Shown: positions 59,029 through 64,000 of the stretch, piece after piece | Layout: every line of letters starts with the position of its first letter | Numbering within the stretch: the stretch's first letter is position 1 | Assembly (NCBI GenBank): GCA_963668175.1 | Contig: OY764159.1 | Span: 2,304,001 to 2,368,000, forward strand | Length of the DNA: 64,000 nt | Origin: Syntrophales bacterium | GTDB taxonomy: Bacteria > Desulfobacterota > Syntrophia > Syntrophales > PHBD01 | Direction: 5' to 3' | Translations under genes and position numbers: made by a program | The notes under the pieces: model-generated | Told to the model about the DNA's origin: nothing | Databases searched by the model: none | The model's input: the letters and a program-made list of their open reading frames with translations, nothing else

Positions 59029-59898
59029 TCATTGCCTTTCCTTCTCTTTCGATACGTTTTTCGGCGGTAAAAGGTACAAGTTCTTGAAGAGCCATATTCG
59101 GTCATAGAATTCCTTCTCGGTAAAGACGTCGTTTTGCCGTTGCGAATAATTCGACCAGAGAATCTCGCCCGTAGAGGAGTCGACAAGCGCGATATAAGAG
59201 TCTAGCACGGACACGCGGTAATCGGAAGATGATACCATGCCGAGCGACAACGACAAGACGAATTTTACAAGCTCGGTTGCCGCTTCCTGAGCTATGGGCG
59301 AGCCGAGAGGCATGTTGATGCCATGTCCCACGAGCAGAAGGATCGCATCGGCTCCGGATGCTTTCGCGACCGCGACCACGGCTTCTTTCAAATCCGAATT
59401 GCCGCAGCATATGTCGGATGGAGGTTTGTCTCTCTGGGCCACGGCGGCCGCCGCCCACGGCATGATCTTCAATAGGGATGCACGACAAGCCGGATCGGAC
59501 GCCAGTCCCTCTGCGACAAATAAGGGCGGGGGCATTTCTTTCACCGCGCCCCCTTCTTCGGGCATATACTTCAGCGGGCGGGCCGGATTCTTGAAACTCC
59601 CGACAAGCGGAGCTTCGGCAAGGACGACCTCATAGCCCTTATCCTTGAGAACGGTTTTTGCCCTTTCCGCCATGTGTTGCGCGGCGGCCCTGGAATCCTT
59701 CACGGACCAATAATTGTCGCCCGCGACGACGTTCCGCAACAGGCAGACATCGGCGATAACGGCTATTTTCTTGATGTGCGGCAGCAATACGTCGTGATTC
59801 GGTCCGGTGCGAACGAACCGTTTATCGGGGACGGCGGCGCAGGCGGCAACCAGGACGATCGACAGCAGCGCAGAGACATTGAAAATACCCTTTCGCAT
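59029..59898 (-). CDS. hypothetical lipoprotein
   Basis: VAAC lipobox; GADAIL...LVDSSTGEILW. Confidence 0.75.
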   Translation of the reverse strand: MRKGIFNVSALLSIVLVAACAAVPDKRFVRTGPNHDVLLPHIKKIAVIADVCLLRNVVAGDNYWSVKDSRAAAQHMAERAKTVLKDKGYEVVLAEAPLVGSFKNPARPLKYMPEEGGAVKEMPPPLFVAEGLASDPACRASLLKIMPWAAAAVAQRDKPPSDICCGNSDLKEAVVAVAKASGADAILLLVGHGINMPLGSPIAQEAATELVKFVLSLSLGMVSSSDYRVSVLDSYIALVDSSTGEILWSNYSQRQNDVFTEKEFYDRIWLFKNLYLLPPKNVSKEKERQ

Positions 59899-59985
59899 GT
59901 TTTCCTCGCGACTATGTACAGGTCGTTCTTCCCGTAAAGCTCTTACCGCAAACAACCGCGACTTCACGATCCCTGCCGCATCGAT

Positions 59986-60486
59986 TCAAGGATCTTTGGT
60001 TTCGCAGCACCTTTCGCAGTGAAGAACAAAACGCGACATGACATCCACGACGGGAAGGTTCTTTTCCCACTCGCCGGCCGGCGTCCCGAATGTCGAAATC
60101 AAGAAGGCGTTCTTTTCGTTCGACCGGAAGAGCGAATAGAGGATGCGATAGTCGATCGTGCCCGACGTGCTCTCGATGCGTTCCGAGGTTTCCAGGCAAG
60201 TGCGCGTGAACGGACCGACAGAGACCGGCGAACATTCGCGGATAATCTTCTGCGCGCCGCGTTTCTTGTCGGACATGACCTGCCGGGCAAAACTCTCGGG
60301 CGAGTAATCCTTCGTGTATGCCGATAAGTTATGAATGTAATAGATGCGCATGCCGGTTTCGTAGCGGCCCACCTTCACATTCTCCCTGGCTATGATCCAC
60401 TCGACCCTGTTCGCGTCGCCGGACCAGGAATAGAACCAGCCCCGCGGTTTGGCTATGCACCCCTTGACCGCATCCAGCTTCTGCAA
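59986..60486 (-). CDS. hypothetical protein, start uncertain
   Basis: Long open frame that continues upstream without ATG/GTG to the TGA of the preceding gene. Confidence 0.55.
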   Translation of the reverse strand: MQKLDAVKGCIAKPRGWFYSWSGDANRVEWIIARENVKVGRYETGMRIYYIHNLSAYTKDYSPESFARQVMSDKKRGAQKIIRECSPVSVGPFTRTCLETSERIESTSGTIDYRILYSLFRSNEKNAFLISTFGTPAGEWEKNLPVVDVMSRFVLHCERCCETKDP

Positions 60487-60594
60487 TTCGTAGCCGTCCG
60501 GTATTTCGATCGTCTCCGTGTGTATCTCAAGAGGCCCGAACCGAAACTTAAGGTGATGGCCGGTTCTCCTGGAGACGGCTGTCGTTGTCTGTGT

Positions 60595-61338
60595 TCACCT
60601 TACATACCGGGCCACCACGCCCTCGATGGCGGCCTGATAGGCCATGGTCTTGAGAAGGGCGACCTGCTGCTGGTCGGAACGGGCACGGATGAGGGAAGCG
60701 CTGTAGGCCTTGTCTTCAAAGGTTTTCGGCGCAAAAATTTCCCACTGTCCGGTCCTGACATCGACCAGGGCGACCTTCAGGCGAATGCGCAGCTCCTGCG
60801 CTTCGTCGGGAATGACCATGCCGACGATGGGCACCCAGGAGACGGTCTTCGTCCCGAGGTTCGTCGTCCCCGATTCGAGGACGCCCCAATAGACAACGAT
60901 TTTATCGATGCCCGCCCTGGCGGCGGCGAGGCGAAGAGCCTTCGCATAGCTCTCGTTGGTTTTTTTGTCCTGTTCGGGCACGCCGGTGAAGATACTGACG
61001 GAAAAATATTTCTCCGCGCTTGCGGTCATGTCCTGATCGGGGATCATGGCGCCCGATTGGATGAGGAGGATGGCGTCGCCTTTCCGCAGGGTGAGCCGGC
61101 TTCTGCCGGTATTGGGGGCAGCGGCGGCAGCGGCGATCTCCTGCTCCGTAATGTCCTTTTTGGCATCGATGCCGAGGATGTCGAATTCGCTCAACTCGCC
61201 TTTATAGAGCGGGTTGTCGCTTCCCCGGCCGTAATAGCCGCCGGGCGACCTGTAGCCCGAGTCGGAGATGGACCGCGTGGAGCATCCGGCGAGGAGGATC
61301 AGGAACAGAAGCAGCATCAACAAAACCGTTTTTTTCAT
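60595..61338 (-). CDS. hypothetical lipoprotein
   Basis: LAGC lipobox; LLIQSGA, WVPIVG..IPDE, VDVRTGQW. Confidence 0.8.
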   Translation of the reverse strand: MKKTVLLMLLLFLILLAGCSTRSISDSGYRSPGGYYGRGSDNPLYKGELSEFDILGIDAKKDITEQEIAAAAAAPNTGRSRLTLRKGDAILLIQSGAMIPDQDMTASAEKYFSVSIFTGVPEQDKKTNESYAKALRLAAARAGIDKIVVYWGVLESGTTNLGTKTVSWVPIVGMVIPDEAQELRIRLKVALVDVRTGQWEIFAPKTFEDKAYSASLIRARSDQQQVALLKTMAYQAAIEGVVARYVR

Positions 61339-61448
61339 GGGTATCTCCTTTCTGCGATAACGATGCATTTATGAAGCTGATCGGAAATCGCAACATCCTG
61401 TCCGGCGAAGGGGTTTCTGCATCGGTCCATTACAAATGACGGGTAGGT

Positions 61449-61988
61449 TTAGGCTTCCCTTTCCGGTTTACTTTCCGCGTTTTTCTTTCTCTTTTCCATC
61501 TCTGCCTTGAGTTCCTTGGCGAATTCCTCGATGACTTTCATGAGTTTCGGTTGTATCTCCGGCATGTGTTTTTGCGCGATGGACATGCCTTGCTGCGTTA
61601 ACGCCGGCATTTTGTCGATAACCGACTGGCCGACCGGGCTCTTATAGAACGCCAGCATGCCCTTCAGTTCATCTTCGGTGAACGTCTGTGCGTAGAGATT
61701 GATCATATCGTCTTTCAGGGTTTGCCAGCTCAGATATTGCTCCATGATGTCCACGATCTTGTCGGTGTATTTCTTCAGCAGAGGCCGCAGATCCTCCGGA
61801 GCGCCCATCTCCGTGAACTGCTTCTCCACCATGGATCGCATCGCGGTGTAAAAGGGCTTTAACATCTGGTCGACTTTCATGGTTTGCAGCAAATCTTCCG
61901 TGATCGCCCTCTGGGAAGCGGTGTCGGCATGGGCAACGGGAATAGAGACGGATAGAGCGATAGCAAACGCCAAGAACAGTTTCTTCAT
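61449..61988 (-). CDS. DUF2059 family exported protein
   Basis: YAQTFTEDELKGMLAFYKSPVGQ. Confidence 0.9.
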   Translation of the reverse strand: MKKLFLAFAIALSVSIPVAHADTASQRAITEDLLQTMKVDQMLKPFYTAMRSMVEKQFTEMGAPEDLRPLLKKYTDKIVDIMEQYLSWQTLKDDMINLYAQTFTEDELKGMLAFYKSPVGQSVIDKMPALTQQGMSIAQKHMPEIQPKLMKVIEEFAKELKAEMEKRKKNAESKPEREA

Positions 61989-62459
61989 CTACACCTCCGG
62001 TATCCTTCGGAATTCAGCGAGACACATGACCGTTTGGAGCTCGATGCAATGTTCGCGGATTTTACAACATAGTATGTTAAAAAGAAAATATATTTATTGG
62101 CATAATCTCTATAAAGATATGCGTGGCATAACGCATGTCGTATCCGTCGGGATCGGAATCGAAATCGGCAGATACGGGCAAAGCGGCGGGACCGGGCGAT
62201 GCACGCGATTGGAAATGCCGGATGTTTTCTTCATGACCGGCGCACCGGCTTCGCGAAAAACCGGGGGCGGCGGATGGCCCGTGTATCCGCATGATACGCC
62301 CGAAATGGCAAATGATTTGACTTTCCCCTGCAACTGGGGCACATTGACCCGTAATACTTGTTGTCCCCCCACCTGTAAGACATATTGAAAACCGTAGTAT
62401 TTTGTTTTTCGTAAAGCGGTTACAGCACAAGAAAACCGAATAGCGTAAGGAGCAGGATC

Positions 62460-63056
62460 ATGAGAAGCATCGAAAAGGCGCTTTGGGGATTTCCGGCGGC
62501 ACTGTTTTGCGTTTTCCTGGCCGTGTCCGGTGTCTTTGCCCAGGAAGAGACAATCCGCGCGAAGATAGGCATCGTGGCGTCGTCGGGAAGCAAGTCATGG
62601 CTCGCCAAGTCGCGCGACCAGGTGGCAGCGGGTGTGAAGCTTCGCGTTTACGTCCGACCCGAGGTTAAGGCCCACGTCTATGTCGTCCATACGGACGGGA
62701 AGGCCGTAACGCTCCTCGCCTATAAAGTCGTTCAGGATTCCACGCTGGTCCTGCCGTCCGAGAAGGGCGCGTATGAGATCGACGGCGAGAGCGCTTCGGA
62801 GGCCTTTACCGTCGTGTGCGGCCTGAAAGAGATCGAAGAACTTTCCGCGTTGAAAGACACGGCGATGCCGTACAAGCAATGGGCGGCGCTCGAGGAAAAG
62901 CTGATCCGTCAAAGCAGGATCGAGATGGGTAAGGCGGCGGATAAACCTGTCGCGATTGCGGGCAGCGTCCGCGGCGTTCAGCCGGACCGTTCCATGCCGA
63001 CATTCTCCGCCAGGGCCGCGATCGTGAAGAAATATGCATTCAGCGTTAAAAAATAG
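62460..63056 (+). CDS. exported protein, DUF4384-like
   Basis: Signal peptide; G.KLRVYV.P....VYVV..DG.AVTLL. Confidence 0.6.
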   Translation: MRSIEKALWGFPAALFCVFLAVSGVFAQEETIRAKIGIVASSGSKSWLAKSRDQVAAGVKLRVYVRPEVKAHVYVVHTDGKAVTLLAYKVVQDSTLVLPSEKGAYEIDGESASEAFTVVCGLKEIEELSALKDTAMPYKQWAALEEKLIRQSRIEMGKAADKPVAIAGSVRGVQPDRSMPTFSARAAIVKKYAFSVKK

Positions 63057-64000
63057 GAAGCACCTGAAGGTCATCCTTGCGGTCTGGTCTGTGCTCCTCT
63101 TGGCTGTCACGGCCTGTCTGTTCTTCCAGGGAAGCGGCTGGACGACGTACGATTTTCAGGTCGTCGACTATTTTTATCGCTCGGCCATACAGCACGGCCA
63201 CGGTCCCCGGAAGTCCGACAGGATCGTTCTGGTGCCGATCACGGATCGTTCCTACCGCTATTTCGGCAAAAACTATCTCGACCGCGGCGACCTGGCCCGG
63301 GTGAACGATGCGCTTGCGGAGCTGGACGTCCAGGCCGTCGCCTACGACATCATCTTTCCGTTGCCGAGCAGCAAAATCTCCGACGACGCCTTCGCTGCGT
63401 CCATAGGCAGGCTGGGACGCGTCTACCTGCCTGCGGGTCTGCAATACGGCGACTCGAACGAGCCTTTCAGAATCCCGTCCGGGGAAAAGGAGAACAACGG
63501 ATTTTCGGACCGCCTGCGCAAACCGCGCGAGGGGGGTAAAGGATCTCCGTTTTACGGAACGAAGGCGGTTCTCCAGTACCGGCCGTTTACGAAGGCCGCC
63601 TTCAATGCGGGTCATATCAGCGATTACGGCGATCCGGACGGGACGCACCGCCATGCGATCCTGCTGATCAAGGTCGGCGACGGCTATTTCCCCGCCCTCA
63701 GCCTGGCCATGTTTCTCGATTCCATCGGGGTGCCCTTCGAACAGGTCACGGTGGACTGGGGCCGCGGGATCGTCATCCCGGCGCTTCCGGGCGGCGCGCT
63801 GGAGAAGGAGGTGGTCATCCCCATCGACAACCGGGGCCGCGCCTTCATCCCCTTCCCGGACGTCTGGGAGAAGGGGTTTCCGATGATAGAGGCCGAGCGG
63901 CTTCTCGAACTGGCTGGCGACGAGTCCGTGAGGGGAAACCTCATGGAGTTCTTCGAGGGGAAGTTCGTCCTGATCGGCGATATTTCGACGGGCATCGGCG
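63034..64000 (+). CDS. CHASE2 domain protein, partial (runs off window end)
   Basis: Own translation from ATG 63034: TM helix, RIVLVPITDRS, AVAYDIIF..P, DPDGTHR, FPALSLAM, GKFVLIG; not in the ORF track. Confidence 0.85.
   Translation, partial: MHSALKNRKHLKVILAVWSVLLLAVTACLFFQGSGWTTYDFQVVDYFYRSAIQHGHGPRKSDRIVLVPITDRSYRYFGKNYLDRGDLARVNDALAELDVQAVAYDIIFPLPSSKISDDAFAASIGRLGRVYLPAGLQYGDSNEPFRIPSGEKENNGFSDRLRKPREGGKGSPFYGTKAVLQYRPFTKAAFNAGHISDYGDPDGTHRHAILLIKVGDGYFPALSLAMFLDSIGVPFEQVTVDWGRGIVIPALPGGALEKEVVIPIDNRGRAFIPFPDVWEKGFPMIEAERLLELAGDESVRGNLMEFFEGKFVLIGDISTGIG

Noticed and set aside
62050..62140. Third enhancer box plus sigma54 promoter
   Set aside because: TGT-N11-ACA is present at 62050-62066, but the candidate promoter reads GG-N10-GT and no PEP-CTERM gene follows.

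Overview
GC-rich bacterial chromosomal segment. Gene content (PEP-CTERM proteins, expanded PAS hybrid kinases, DUF3795, sigma54 promoters) suggests an anaerobic Desulfobacterota/Syntrophales-like organism; this is an inference. About 55 CDS, mostly accessory: an MCP, three paralogous PAS hybrid histidine kinases, a higBA toxin-antitoxin islet, runs of small minus-strand enzyme genes, a WD40-caspase protein, two PEP-CTERM genes with matching sigma54/enhancer/terminator architecture, an IclR-TRAP-kduI-kduD-kdgK-eda uronate operon, a fluoride riboswitch ahead of a cation/proton antiporter, a TauABC-like ABC transporter and a lipoprotein cluster ending in a partial CHASE2 gene. No rRNA, tRNA, CRISPR array or intact transposase/integrase was seen. 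The strongest novelty candidates are: (1) a stand-alone protein with a plant/fungal IQM-like HSS...SGHYRP domain behind a toxin-type membrane-localisation-like N-terminus (27086-28246); (2) a dead calpain-like half-domain fused to a second papain-like protease domain (32342-33883); (3) a fluoride-riboswitch-controlled antiporter; (4) a secreted 3x77-aa six-cysteine repeat protein; (5) a small MITE family present twice. All family calls come from motifs recognised by eye, not from database searches.
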